64,000 nucleotides of DNA from Nitrospirae bacterium UBA2233 (GTDB lineage: Bacteria; UBA2233). The stretch is taken from contig DDYN01000032.1 of the NCBI GenBank assembly GCA_002347965.1, positions 14,795-78,794 on the forward strand, in the 5' to 3' direction. The first letter of the stretch is position 1. Each line of letters opens with the position of its first letter. The translations under genes were made by a program, and so were the position numbers. Of the stretch, positions 48,758-58,962 are shown piece after piece. The notes under the pieces were generated by a model. The model was not told where the DNA came from, ran no database searches, and worked only from the letters and a program-made list of their open reading frames with translations.

Positions 48758-49622
48758 AGGAACGATGGTGGCCCTCGTTACCCCCTTTCGCAACGGAAGC
48801 CTCGACATCGGGCGTTTGAGGGCCTTGACGGCCAAGATGGTCGATGCCGGAGTAGACACGATCGTCCCAACGGGAACGACTGGAGAGTCGGCCACGCTAA
48901 ACCACGAAGAGCACTTAACGGTCATACGCCACGTAATCGAAGAAGCGAAAGGCAAGGCCAAGGTGCTCGCCGGCACGGGCTCTAATGCCACCCACGAGGC
49001 AATTGCGCTGACCCGCGCGGCCAAGGAGGCGGGCGCCGATGGGGCGCTTTTGATCTCGCCGTACTACAACAAGCCCACGCAAGAGGGCCTTTACCAGCAC
49101 TTCGCCCTAGTGGCCAAAGAGGTGTCGCTCCCGATCGTGCTGTACAACATCCCGGGCAGGACGGCCGTCAAGATCGAAACGGAGACGCTTGCCAGGTTAT
49201 CGAAAATCCCGAACATCGTGGGCGTGAAAGATTCTACGGGCAGCCTCGAGACCGTCATGGATTCCATAAACGCATGCAGGGCCGGTTTTGAGGTTTACTC
49301 CGGCGAGGATGGGCTTAACGTCCCCATCCTGGCCGTAGGCGGCCATGGGGTTGTCTCTGTTTTGGGCAACCTCATGCCCAAAGAATTGGTTCGCATGGTT
49401 CGCCTCGCGCTTTCGGGAAACATCGCCGAAGCGGCCGCCCTTCAAAGACGATACCTGCCGCTAATCCATGCCCTGTTCTTAGAGACGAACCCCATTCCCG
49501 TCAAGGCCGCACTCGCGCTTTTGGGTGAAATCGAAGAAGAGTACAGGCTTCCTTTAGTGCCGATGTCCGAACAAAATAAGCGTCGGCTGAAAGAAGAGAT
49601 GGAGAGGGCGTGCCTCTTATGA
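48750..49622 (+). CDS. dapA: 4-hydroxy-tetrahydrodipicolinate synthase
   Basis: GTTGES, PYYNKP, LYNIPGRT, GVKDS, NPIPVK. Confidence 0.96.
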   Translation: MFEGTMVALVTPFRNGSLDIGRLRALTAKMVDAGVDTIVPTGTTGESATLNHEEHLTVIRHVIEEAKGKAKVLAGTGSNATHEAIALTRAAKEAGADGALLISPYYNKPTQEGLYQHFALVAKEVSLPIVLYNIPGRTAVKIETETLARLSKIPNIVGVKDSTGSLETVMDSINACRAGFEVYSGEDGLNVPILAVGGHGVVSVLGNLMPKELVRMVRLALSGNIAEAAALQRRYLPLIHALFLETNPIPVKAALALLGEIEEEYRLPLVPMSEQNKRRLKEEMERACLL

Positions 49623-50398
49623 GCGTACCGCTAAAGCTTACGCTGTTCGGGGCAAACGGCCGCATGGGCAAGGAGCTAAGGGCCCTTATTGAGGAAGACC
49701 GAAGGTTTGCGTACGCGTGCGGAATCGACAGGCAAGAGATAATCGAACAAGGCATGTCTCCTCGACAAGAAAGGGCCCTTTCTCTGTCTAAGGGCATTCT
49801 AGAACCTACCGATGTTGTGATCGATTTTAGCCAGCCCAGCGCCTTCATGGAGCTTTTGGGCGCTCTTAGGTCTCGGCCCCTACCGTTGGTTTCCGGGACG
49901 ACGGGCCTTCTGGAGGGGCATCGCCAAGAGCTCCTTGAGCTTTCAAAGAGCGTTCCCGTAATTTGGGCATCCAACTTTTCGAAGCTTGGCAACCTCATGG
50001 TTTCTCTTGCCGGGGAAATAGCGAGGATCGCGGATACCGAAGACTTGGAAATCTTGGAGGCGCACCACAAACGGAAAAAAGACGCCCCCTCCGGTACCGC
50101 CCTGTCTTTGTTCGATGCGCTTAAGCAGGAAAACCAGAGCTTAAGGCCCGTGTTTTCCAGGCATGGCGATGGAATGAAAAGAGCCGAAGGGGATGTTGCT
50201 ATCCTGGCGATTCGAGGCGGGGACGTCGTTGGAGACCATACCCTGTTTTGCTTAGGGGAGGGGGAACGCTTAGAACTGACCCATAGGGCGCAATCCAGGA
50301 GTGCGTTCGCAAAAGGCGCGCTCCTTGCTGCCCGTTGGATTCACGGCAAACCGCCTGGTATTTATACGATGGCCGATGTTTTAGGTATTCGAGCCTAG
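49619..50398 (+). CDS. dapB: 4-hydroxy-tetrahydrodipicolinate reductase
   Basis: GANGRMG, IDFS, GTTG, EAHHKRKKDAPSGTA. Confidence 0.95.
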   Translation: MSVPLKLTLFGANGRMGKELRALIEEDRRFAYACGIDRQEIIEQGMSPRQERALSLSKGILEPTDVVIDFSQPSAFMELLGALRSRPLPLVSGTTGLLEGHRQELLELSKSVPVIWASNFSKLGNLMVSLAGEIARIADTEDLEILEAHHKRKKDAPSGTALSLFDALKQENQSLRPVFSRHGDGMKRAEGDVAILAIRGGDVVGDHTLFCLGEGERLELTHRAQSRSAFAKGALLAARWIHGKPPGIYTMADVLGIRA

Positions 50399-50426
50399 CC
50401 AATAAAGAGTTAGCAGAGGGAATACG

Positions 50427-51587
50427 ATGGAAATACGCCTTTCCGAACGACTCAGAAAGCTCCCGCCGTACTTGTTCCGGGAGATCGACATGCTCAAACA
50501 AAAGGCCCGTCAGGAGGGAAAGAGCTTGATCGACCTGAGTATCGGCGACCCAGACATGCCAACCCCAGGGTTTATCGTGGAGGCCATGGCCGAGGCCATA
50601 AGGAATCCATCTACCCATCGCTACCCCTCTTATGACGGACTGATGGAGTTTCGCGAGGCTGTGGTCCAGTGGTACAACGAACGCTTCGGAGTGGATCTCG
50701 ACCCAAAAAACGAAGTCGTCGCGCTGATAGGCTCCAAGGAGGGAATCGCCCACCTACCGTTTGCACTCCTGGACCCTGGCGATGAGGTGCTCGTCCCGGA
50801 CCCAGGCTACCCCGTGTACACGCAAGCCTCAATCTTGGCGGATGCAACCCCTAAGCCCTTCCCGCTGACGTGGGAGTACGGGTTTTTGCCAAAAATGGAA
50901 GTACTCGAGGCTGCGGCAGGTCCTAAAACAAGGCTTATCTACCTGAGCTACCCGAACAACCCGACCGCGGCCAGGGCTCCCCTAGGGTTTTTCGAGGAGG
51001 TGGCGGCCTGGGCCAAGGTCAAAGGAATCGTTATCGCCCACGATGCCGCCTATAGCGAGGTTTTCCTGGATCCACCAACCCCTAGCTTTTTGCAGGCGTA
51101 CGGCGCCAAAGAGGTAGGCGTAGAGTTCCATTCGCTCTCGAAGACGTTTAGCATGACAGGCTGGCGTGTTGGGTTTTGCGTAGGAAACGCTTCCGTGTTG
51201 AAGGCCCTTGTCCAGGTAAAAAGCAACATAGATTCGGGGGTGTTCGAGGCGATACAGAGGGCCGGGATCGTTGCCTTACGAAACGCAAAGCACGCCTCGC
51301 TCGCGATCGCTTCGGTGTACGCCCAAAGAAGGAAGCAAGCGGTAGGACGCCTGAAGTCCGCCGGTATAGAGGTCTTCCCGTCGGATGCCACGTTCTACCT
51401 CTGGTGTAGGCTCCCGAAGGGCTCCGATTCCCGCAGCTTTGCAAAGCGCCTGATCGAGGAGAATCAAGTCGTCGTTACTCCGGGCGTAGGGTTTGGCAGC
51501 ATGGGGGAGGGTTTCTTCCGAATCAGCCTGACGGCCCCGGACGAAGCGATTTCGACAGGGATAGAGCGTATCGTACAAGCTTTTTGA
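50427..51587 (+). CDS. dapL: LL-diaminopimelate aminotransferase
   Basis: LPPYLF, IGSKEGI, YPNNPT, HDAAYSE, HSLSKTFSMTGWRVG, SNIDSG; located in the dap operon. Confidence 0.88.
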   Translation: MEIRLSERLRKLPPYLFREIDMLKQKARQEGKSLIDLSIGDPDMPTPGFIVEAMAEAIRNPSTHRYPSYDGLMEFREAVVQWYNERFGVDLDPKNEVVALIGSKEGIAHLPFALLDPGDEVLVPDPGYPVYTQASILADATPKPFPLTWEYGFLPKMEVLEAAAGPKTRLIYLSYPNNPTAARAPLGFFEEVAAWAKVKGIVIAHDAAYSEVFLDPPTPSFLQAYGAKEVGVEFHSLSKTFSMTGWRVGFCVGNASVLKALVQVKSNIDSGVFEAIQRAGIVALRNAKHASLAIASVYAQRRKQAVGRLKSAGIEVFPSDATFYLWCRLPKGSDSRSFAKRLIEENQVVVTPGVGFGSMGEGFFRISLTAPDEAISTGIERIVQAF

Positions 51588-51596
51588 GGCTGCCGG

Positions 51597-52094
51597 GTGG
51601 AGGAAGTTTACCTTGGTGTGGGCTCCAACATCCCGCCGCGGTTCCAGTGGGTCGGGGTTGGGCTTGACTGGCTCTTGAAGGAAGGGGCCATCCAGGGGCC
51701 GGTTTTTTCGCGCGCCTACATAAGCAGCCCCTGGGGAGATGGAAGCTTCGGCGAGGCGTACATAAACCTGGTGCTTCGAGCAACGACCCCGTTGACCCCG
51801 GAACCCTTGCTAGACGCGCTGAAACGTGCCGAGCGTATTGCCGGAAGAAAAGAAGCCTCAAGAAACGCCCCAAGAGAGCTCGATCTGGATGTCCTTTTGT
51901 ACGGTGCACGGGTCATAAAGACCCCGAAGCTTGAGGTTCCACACCCAAAAATCCCCACGAGGCGCTTTGTCCTGGAGCCCATGCTAGATTTAAACCCTGG
52001 GCTTGTGCATCCAGGTCTCAACCGGCCTATTCGCTCGCTCCTTGCTTCATGCCCCGATTCGGGCTTGGTCCTTCCTTTGTTCTGTAAGCGATAG
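51597..52094 (+). CDS. folK: 2-amino-4-hydroxy-6-hydroxymethyldihydropteridine diphosphokinase
   Basis: YLGVGSN, PRELDLDVL, VPHP, RRFVLEP. Confidence 0.93.
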   Translation: MEEVYLGVGSNIPPRFQWVGVGLDWLLKEGAIQGPVFSRAYISSPWGDGSFGEAYINLVLRATTPLTPEPLLDALKRAERIAGRKEASRNAPRELDLDVLLYGARVIKTPKLEVPHPKIPTRRFVLEPMLDLNPGLVHPGLNRPIRSLLASCPDSGLVLPLFCKR

Positions 52095-52105
52095 AGAGAC
52101 TTGCC

Positions 52106-52990
52106 GTGTCCGAAGAAAAGCAAGAACCACAAAGAAGGCTCCCCGAATGGCTTCGGGTGCCTAGCCCCGTGGGGCCTGGGCCGGATGCTACACGAAGGGC
52201 GTTAAGCGGGTTAGGCCTCAACACCGTCTGCAATGAGGCGCGCTGTCCCAACCTAGGGGAGTGTTTTGCCAGTCAAACGGCAACATTCATGATTTTGGGG
52301 AAGGTTTGTACGAGACAATGCCGATTTTGCGGCGTTCCAAAGGGTGGACCTGATCTCTTGGATTTAAAAGAACCCGAGCGGGTCGCGAAGGCAGCGGAAG
52401 TGCTCGGAATGAAACATGTCGTGATCACCTCGGTTACGAGAGACGACCTGCCAGACCAGGGCGCCTTGCAGTTTCTGGCCACGATTCAAGCGGTTGCGAA
52501 AGCCCTTCCCAGGGCAGGGGTTGAAGTCCTTACCCCCGACTTTCAGGGCAATGTAAGCCTTGTCGAGCTTGTTTCAGCCGCTCCTGTCCGGGTCTTCGCC
52601 CATAACCTGGAGACGGTCCCGAGCCTTTACCCAAAAGTACGTCCGGGAGCGGAATTCGAAAGGTCCCTTGAGGTACTAAGGGCGGCCAAAAAGGTCAACC
52701 CCTCGGTCTTCACGAAGACGGGCTTCATGCTGGGGTTAGGGGAGACACTCCCGGAGCTCTTTTCGGCGCTTAAAGCCGCAAAGGATGCGAATGTCGACAT
52801 GGTAACGCTCGGCCAGTACCTAAGGCCAAGCAAAAAACAGATCCCCGTAGAGCGGTTCTTTCCGCCCGAGGCGTTTCAAGAGATTGGCAAGAAGGTCAAA
52901 GCGCTAGGGTTTCGCTCTGTCATTGCCGGACCGCTCGTTCGGAGTTCCTACATGGCCAGGCAGGCGCTCGAGCAAGCGGGCGGGGCTTAA
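52106..52990 (+). CDS. lipA: Lipoyl synthase
   Basis: CNEARCPNLGEC (CX4CX5C), CTRQCRFC (CX3CX2C), RSSY. Confidence 0.96.
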   Translation: MSEEKQEPQRRLPEWLRVPSPVGPGPDATRRALSGLGLNTVCNEARCPNLGECFASQTATFMILGKVCTRQCRFCGVPKGGPDLLDLKEPERVAKAAEVLGMKHVVITSVTRDDLPDQGALQFLATIQAVAKALPRAGVEVLTPDFQGNVSLVELVSAAPVRVFAHNLETVPSLYPKVRPGAEFERSLEVLRAAKKVNPSVFTKTGFMLGLGETLPELFSALKAAKDANVDMVTLGQYLRPSKKQIPVERFFPPEAFQEIGKKVKALGFRSVIAGPLVRSSYMARQALEQAGGA

Positions 52991-53006
52991 GAGGCCCCGC
53001 CCGCTT
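52974..53006. terminator. GC-rich hairpin between convergent lipA and sod, probable bidirectional terminator
   Basis: Perfect 13-bp stem AAGCGGGCGGGGC / GCCCCGCCCGCTT with a 7-nt loop. Confidence 0.7.
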
Positions 53007-53011
53007 CGATT

Positions 53012-53635
53012 TTAGCCGATAAACGAGCCAAGTGCCTCGCAAGCCTTCTTACACCTGGCGAAGCGGGCGTTGATTGCATCCCAGTTGAGGTTGCCGAAGA
53101 AATTTTCGATGTAAGGCGGCCTTTTGGGCCCCTGGTCTACGTAATAGGCGTGCTCGTAGACATCCAGGACGATCAACGGCAGAGAGCCTACGTACCCGTA
53201 GAGGTTGTGGGCATCCAAGCCGTTGATGACAAGCTCTCCGCTGAAGAGGTCGCAAGAAAGCAGTGCCCAGCCTCTTAGCGCGATTCCTGAAGCCTTGAGT
53301 TCTTCCTGGCACTTTTCCATCGAGCCAAACGCCTTTTCGACCGCGGCCTTGAGGTCGGGCGATGGCGAGCCTTTGGCGCCGAGGTTCTCGAAGTACAGCT
53401 CATGAAGAACAACGCCCATGTAGTTGAAGCTTTCTTCGACCTTGAGCGCCCGGTACTCCGAGAAGTTTTGGTTTGCCTTGGAACGGTCGGCACTGGCCAG
53501 TTTTTCTTGAATTTCGTTGTACTTGGTCACGTATCCTTTGTAATGCGTGTCGAAGTGGAAGTCGATTTGCTTGTCGGAAATCCCGTTCAAATTCTTCGGC
53601 TTGAGGTTGTCCCTCGGGTTTAAGGACTTCGGCAT
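53012..53635 (-). CDS. Fe/Mn superoxide dismutase
   Basis: HFDTHYKGYV, LHELYF, DVYEHAYY; AGGAGG SD before ATG 53635. Confidence 0.9.
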   Translation of the reverse strand: MPKSLNPRDNLKPKNLNGISDKQIDFHFDTHYKGYVTKYNEIQEKLASADRSKANQNFSEYRALKVEESFNYMGVVLHELYFENLGAKGSPSPDLKAAVEKAFGSMEKCQEELKASGIALRGWALLSCDLFSGELVINGLDAHNLYGYVGSLPLIVLDVYEHAYYVDQGPKRPPYIENFFGNLNWDAINARFARCKKACEALGSFIG

Positions 53636-53748
53636 TTGCGACCCTCCTGTTTTTGTTTTAAGCTTTTTTAGACAAGAAAAACCAGAAAGCCCAAGCATAA
53701 TTATACTATCAGTATCGCCTTTGGGCTGTCAAACCCTTAGGGGTAGTC

Positions 53749-55494
53749 ATGCAAGAAAAAGACAAAAAGAAGCCGCCAACCAAAGAAGCGTTCGTGGCCA
53801 TGCTCGAGAAGATCGCTTTTTTCTTGGAGCTGGAGGGTGCCGACCCGTTTCGAGTACGCGCGTACAAAGAGGCGAAAGGGGCGCTTCAAGCCTCCGAGGC
53901 GGACATCGGCGACATCGCACAGAATAAGATCAAGGTTAAGGGCATTGGCAAGCATATTCAAGAGCTTATCCGAGAATACCTTGTTACAGGAAGCCTTGGT
54001 GTTTTGGAGCAGCTAACCAAAAAGTACCCCGTCTCGCTCCTCGAGCTTGGGAAGATTCCCGGGCTTGGGGTAAAAAAAATCAAGGCGCTATACGACGCGC
54101 TTAAGGTTTCAACTCCCGGGGAGCTTCGGTATGCAATAGAGGAAAACAGGCTGCTTGCCCTCGAAGGTTTTGGCGTAAAAACCCAGGAGGCCCTGCTTAA
54201 GCAGCTATCCCGTCACGAAGAGAGACTCGGAGTCGTCCTCTTGCCCGCAGGGGATGCGATTTGGGGGACGCTTCAAGATTGGCTCCAAGAAAGGCTCCCG
54301 GACGTTCGGCTGTTTCCGGCGGGCGAGCTAAGAAGGCGCTGTCCCGTCCTTGCAGGCATCGATTGCCTGGCTGTGGCGAGCGATCCGGGTTTGCTTTGGA
54401 AGACACTCGAGGAGCCTTCACCCATTTTGAGCGATGTCGTCGAGCAAGCCGACGAAACCATCGTCGGAAAATGGGAAGGCGGCGTTCGCGTGGCCTTGGC
54501 GTCCATCTCCGTGCGCTCGTTTCCCACAAAATACTTCTTTATGACAGGAAGCTCCTCGCACGTGGGTGAAATCACCCGCCGGCTTGAGGCGGGCGGGTAC
54601 TCTATCACCCCAGAAGGCATCCGTAGGCACGACGAAAAAAGGCCTCTTGAGCTCCGATCGGAGGAAGAGATTTACGCCTTGGTTGGCCTGCCTTGGATCC
54701 CGCCGGAGCTTAGGGAAGGGCTCGTGGAGTTTGACCCTGCTGTCCTTAAGAACCTCCCAAGCCTAGTAAGCCAAAGCGATATCCAGGGGGCCCTTCACGT
54801 CCATACGCGGTTTAGCGACGGTATGGACGAACTCGAGGCTATGATTGCGCATGCAAAATCGCTCGGGCTTGCCTACATCGGCATTTCCGATCATTCCAAG
54901 TCTGCCTATTACGCGGGCGGGCTTACCCAAGAGAAGCTCTTCGAACAAAAAAAGCAAATCGAAGGACTAAGGGAGGATTTTCCGGAAATTCGAATTTTCC
55001 ATGGTATCGAATCGGACATCCTGCCGGACGGCTCAATAGACTATGACGAGGATGTCTGGAGGCAGCTCGATTTCATCATAGCTTCCGTACACAGCCATTT
55101 TCAAATGGATAAGGCCGCAATGACCGAGCGGGTCCTTAAGGCCATAAAAAACCCTTACGTAACAATCCTTGGCCATCCTACTGGCAGGCTCTTGTTGGCC
55201 AGGGAGCCTTACGCAATCGATTTAGAGGCGGTCATCCAAGAGATTGCAAGGCTAGGGAAGGCGATAGAGCTGAACGCCCACCCTCAGAGACTCGACGTAG
55301 ACTACCGCTGGGCCAAAACGCTCCTTGCCTCGGGCGTTTTCGTTTCCATCAACCCTGACGCCCATCAGCGCTCCGGGTTGAACGACATTCGATACGGCGT
55401 CGATATCGCAAGAAAGGCAGGGCTTCCCAAGGCGCATATCCTGAACGCCTTAACGGCCTGCGAGGTTGGAGAGTTTTTCATGCGGCAGGGCTAG
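53749..55494 (+). CDS. polX: PolX-PHP protein (DNA polymerase X/3'-5' exonuclease) with altered polymerase site
   Basis: FRVRAY, HhH motifs, IPPELRE; PHP motifs HVHT, SDHS, GHPT, NPDAH. Confidence 0.9.
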   Translation: MQEKDKKKPPTKEAFVAMLEKIAFFLELEGADPFRVRAYKEAKGALQASEADIGDIAQNKIKVKGIGKHIQELIREYLVTGSLGVLEQLTKKYPVSLLELGKIPGLGVKKIKALYDALKVSTPGELRYAIEENRLLALEGFGVKTQEALLKQLSRHEERLGVVLLPAGDAIWGTLQDWLQERLPDVRLFPAGELRRRCPVLAGIDCLAVASDPGLLWKTLEEPSPILSDVVEQADETIVGKWEGGVRVALASISVRSFPTKYFFMTGSSSHVGEITRRLEAGGYSITPEGIRRHDEKRPLELRSEEEIYALVGLPWIPPELREGLVEFDPAVLKNLPSLVSQSDIQGALHVHTRFSDGMDELEAMIAHAKSLGLAYIGISDHSKSAYYAGGLTQEKLFEQKKQIEGLREDFPEIRIFHGIESDILPDGSIDYDEDVWRQLDFIIASVHSHFQMDKAAMTERVLKAIKNPYVTILGHPTGRLLLAREPYAIDLEAVIQEIARLGKAIELNAHPQRLDVDYRWAKTLLASGVFVSINPDAHQRSGLNDIRYGVDIARKAGLPKAHILNALTACEVGEFFMRQG

Positions 55495-56353
55495 CAAGCC
55501 TTGCCATTCGCTCGCGCGCTTGCACACTCTCCGGCGCGTCTGAATAATTCCGGATAAGCCTGTCAAGAACCTTCAGGGCATCCTCTTTTAAGTTTAAGCG
55601 CTCGTAACACTCGGCCTCTTTCAGGAGGGCTTCGGGAGCCTTGTTTCCCTTAGGATACCGGACGACGACCGTATCGTACTCGTAAATAGCGTTGGCAAAG
55701 AGCCCTTGGGAAAAATACGTGTCGCCCACGAGGAACTGGGCATCGTCTCCCACCTCGGCCTCGGGGTGGCGCAAAACCAAATCCTGGGCTACTGCCCGAG
55801 CCTTGGCATAGTCTTTTTGAAGAAGCGCTTTCTTTGCTTGAAGAAGAAGCCTTACGGCCGGGTCCTCGATGGACTCGAGCAGCTCGAACTCTTTTGTAAC
55901 GGCATTTACGGCTTGGTTTGGGTCTTCTTTCGGCTCAAATTGGGGTTCGAGCCTTAAGGGCACCGGGGCTAAGCTTGGAGATTTTTGGGGTTTTTGGGGC
56001 GCCGGGAAAGAGACCTTCGGCGGCATGATGGGCGTAGGCTTAAGGCTAGGCTTGACGGAAGCCTCTTGGAAGCTTTTGGCCTCGAGCGATGTAAGCCGCT
56101 GTTCCTGGGCCAACTGCTTTTGACCGACCTCTCCGAGCGCAACCCGGATGCGGTCTAGCTCTGCATCTGTTTTCTTCTGGCCTTCGGCCATTCGCGCGTC
56201 CAGCGCATTGATCTGCGCGGCTACATCTTGAAGAATCTTGCGTTCGCCCGCCCGCCGGGAGCTTGTCGTGGCGCACCCGGCACCAAACGCTCCCACGCTA
56301 AAGGCGAGGGAAAAAGCAACCACGGAACTTTTGGCTTTCCCAGGGTGCACCAC
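55478..56353 (-). CDS. CpoB/YbgF-like lipoprotein (coiled coil + TPR)
   Basis: Lipobox GAGC, coiled coil, Pro-rich linker, TPR motifs DDAQFLVG and YPKGNKAPEALLK. Confidence 0.75.
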   Translation of the reverse strand: MVHPGKAKSSVVAFSLAFSVGAFGAGCATTSSRRAGERKILQDVAAQINALDARMAEGQKKTDAELDRIRVALGEVGQKQLAQEQRLTSLEAKSFQEASVKPSLKPTPIMPPKVSFPAPQKPQKSPSLAPVPLRLEPQFEPKEDPNQAVNAVTKEFELLESIEDPAVRLLLQAKKALLQKDYAKARAVAQDLVLRHPEAEVGDDAQFLVGDTYFSQGLFANAIYEYDTVVVRYPKGNKAPEALLKEAECYERLNLKEDALKVLDRLIRNYSDAPESVQARERMARLASPAA

Positions 56354-56373
56354 GGGCTGTCTCGTTTCTTTAT

Positions 56374-56691
<318 letters not shown>

Positions 56692-57076
56692 TTATAAGCA
56701 AAAAACGCCCGACGAATACCTTAAAACTAACTAATTCTAGCATAATACCATGCCCCTCGGAAAGGAAAAATATATATTCGCCTGTAGAGTCTGAAGTGTC
56801 CTTTAAGCAAGACCATTATAACGAAACGCAATAACGCAACAAGACGGAAAGCCGCTTGCCAGCACGTCATTTTTGATACGCCCATGTCATGTTAGGATGA
56901 CTCGTGGGGCTTCAAGGAGGGCGGCCGGTGTTCGAGGCTGAATAGAGGCTGCAACCTGTCCAAATCGCGGCAGTTACAGGCTAGGGGCTTGATTTGAAAT
57001 CCGTGGGGTGTAAGATAATTCTACACCTAGAGGGGATGCTTCTGGAGATTGTGGGGGGGGTTAGTACATACACGGC

Positions 57077-57511
57077 ATGAAACATCCAGGGTTTGGCAGT
57101 TGTAGGCTTTGGCTGCTTTCTATGTTCATGGGCTTGAGCGTCGTATGCTTCTTTGCTCCAGGGTGTGCCTCCAGCAAGGATGCCTTCAAGGGAACGCCCG
57201 TGCCCGTCGTGACCCACGAGGGGATGAACGCGGCGGGAGCAAAAACTTTGCGGAGCCTTCGTAAAGACCCCTCCATCGAGGCGTTTGTTTCGCAGCACGG
57301 TATTCCAAATTATCTCATCAAAAAAGAAGACAGGCTTTTTTTGGTGTACACCCAAACCAACTTGGTGTACGCCTTCGAAAAAGGCTTACTGGAGAGAACT
57401 TACAAGCTTCTTTACGCCAAATCTATCCCCTCCGACATTCGCAACGCCCTCTCTTTCGAGGATCAAGCTGCTATCGAAAAGAACCTTCCTTTATACAGGG
57501 CTAGCCCTTAG
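57077..57511 (+). CDS. Hypothetical lipoprotein
   Basis: Signal peptide ending APG|CASS; co-oriented and 1 nt before the next gene. Confidence 0.6.
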   Translation: MKHPGFGSCRLWLLSMFMGLSVVCFFAPGCASSKDAFKGTPVPVVTHEGMNAAGAKTLRSLRKDPSIEAFVSQHGIPNYLIKKEDRLFLVYTQTNLVYAFEKGLLERTYKLLYAKSIPSDIRNALSFEDQAAIEKNLPLYRASP

Positions 57512-57512
57512 C

Positions 57513-58952
57513 ATGAATGGCGACTCTGTCTTGTCGAAAGGACATGCCCCCGATGCGAGCCTAAATAAGGTGTTCTTGGTGGGATTTGCCGAAAAAGAAC
57601 GCAGGACACTCGAGGTGCTCCTTGGTTCGCTTCCCAAGCCGCCAGCAGTAGAGGTTGTAAACCACGACCTTCCTACTTGGCTAGACGACAAAGCCCTTCA
57701 GCAAGAGTTAACAGGGGGATTGCCGATCGTCCCTTCGATCGTGGTGCGACGCTCTCCAGAAATGTTCGAACGCTTGCTGGCCCTGCAGCCGGATACCTGC
57801 GTCCTGGTTGGCGAAGACCCCTTAAATCTCGAGCTTGGACCCTTGAAGAACAAGCCACGCCGTATTCTAAAAAGGCCCGTTACAGCCGAGAATCTACTTT
57901 CGCTTCTTCTGGAAGCTCGAGGGCATTCCGCTGAGTCTTCGCAAGCTCCGGTCGTTGGAGATAGTCAATTTCCCGAGGTTCATGCCCCTCAAGAGGCTAC
58001 CCCAGAATCTATAGACCTCTTAAGGAAAGTCTACCAACCGCTGGACCTAAAAAAAGCGTACGCTAGCGCGCTTTTGGCCCTAAGTACGTCGGCAAAGGCG
58101 GGCGGAGGGGCGGTGTTCGAACAGGTACGTGGGGAGCAAGGCTGGCGTATGCAGTGCCATGACGGCATGGAACCCGAAGGAATTCATGCGCTCCAGGCCG
58201 TGATACGCCAAATAGAAGAATCCGGCCGCATTCAAAAGCCCGTTCTTGACCAAAGACAGCCTGTAGGCAAGTTCTCGCACCTTTCTCTGTATCCGATCCC
58301 CCTGATGGACGAGGGGTCGGCGCTAATCGCCTTGCTTTTCGAAGGACCTTCGGGAGGCTCTTTGCCCTGGATATACGCAGATGTAATCTCTGCACTGCAA
58401 AATGTCTGGATTTTTACCTCGATCCAGGACAAGAGCTTTGCAGACCCCGTTACGGGCGTGTTCAACAAGCGCTTCCTGGAAATCGAGCTTCCGAGGGAAC
58501 TTTACAGGGCAAAGCGCCATCAAAGAAGGGTGAGCATCCTCTTTGTCGAAGCTGACGGCATGGCTGACCTTGCGAGGAATCGTGCAGAAGACGTTGTCTA
58601 CCGGGTATTAAAAGAGACGGCCCGTCGGCTCTCTCCTGAGGATGGATGCATCCGGAACGTCGACATACTCGTAAAATACGGAACTTACAGCTTTGTCATC
58701 GTTTTGATCGAGTCTGACTATCAAAGCACGCTTAAGGTCGTTGCCCCTCGCGTGTTGAGGGTGATTAGGGAGAAGCCCTTTCTTGAAGGGGAAGGAATGA
58801 GTCTTTCTTTGACTGCAAGCGTTGGGTTAGCGAATTTCCCGATCACGAGCTGGGATTGGAAGCTGCTGTTGGCCGCGGGAGAAAAGGCGCTAAAGGAAGC
58901 CCAAGGAGCTGGCGGAAACATGGTTGTTATGGCCAAAGAGAGCAGCGCATAG
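57513..58952 (+). CDS. Degenerate GGDEF-domain protein with REC-like and GAF-like regions
   Basis: DPVTGVFNKRF, RNVDILVKYGTYSF, LTASVGLA, AGGNMV. Confidence 0.78.
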   Translation: MNGDSVLSKGHAPDASLNKVFLVGFAEKERRTLEVLLGSLPKPPAVEVVNHDLPTWLDDKALQQELTGGLPIVPSIVVRRSPEMFERLLALQPDTCVLVGEDPLNLELGPLKNKPRRILKRPVTAENLLSLLLEARGHSAESSQAPVVGDSQFPEVHAPQEATPESIDLLRKVYQPLDLKKAYASALLALSTSAKAGGGAVFEQVRGEQGWRMQCHDGMEPEGIHALQAVIRQIEESGRIQKPVLDQRQPVGKFSHLSLYPIPLMDEGSALIALLFEGPSGGSLPWIYADVISALQNVWIFTSIQDKSFADPVTGVFNKRFLEIELPRELYRAKRHQRRVSILFVEADGMADLARNRAEDVVYRVLKETARRLSPEDGCIRNVDILVKYGTYSFVIVLIESDYQSTLKVVAPRVLRVIREKPFLEGEGMSLSLTASVGLANFPITSWDWKLLLAAGEKALKEAQGAGGNMVVMAKESSA

Positions 58953-58962
58953 GGGGAAAATA

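Noticed and set aside
56848-56864. Sigma54 promoter on the minus strand (TGGCAAGCGGCTTTCC)
   Set aside because: The -24 GG is present but the -12 GC is missing.
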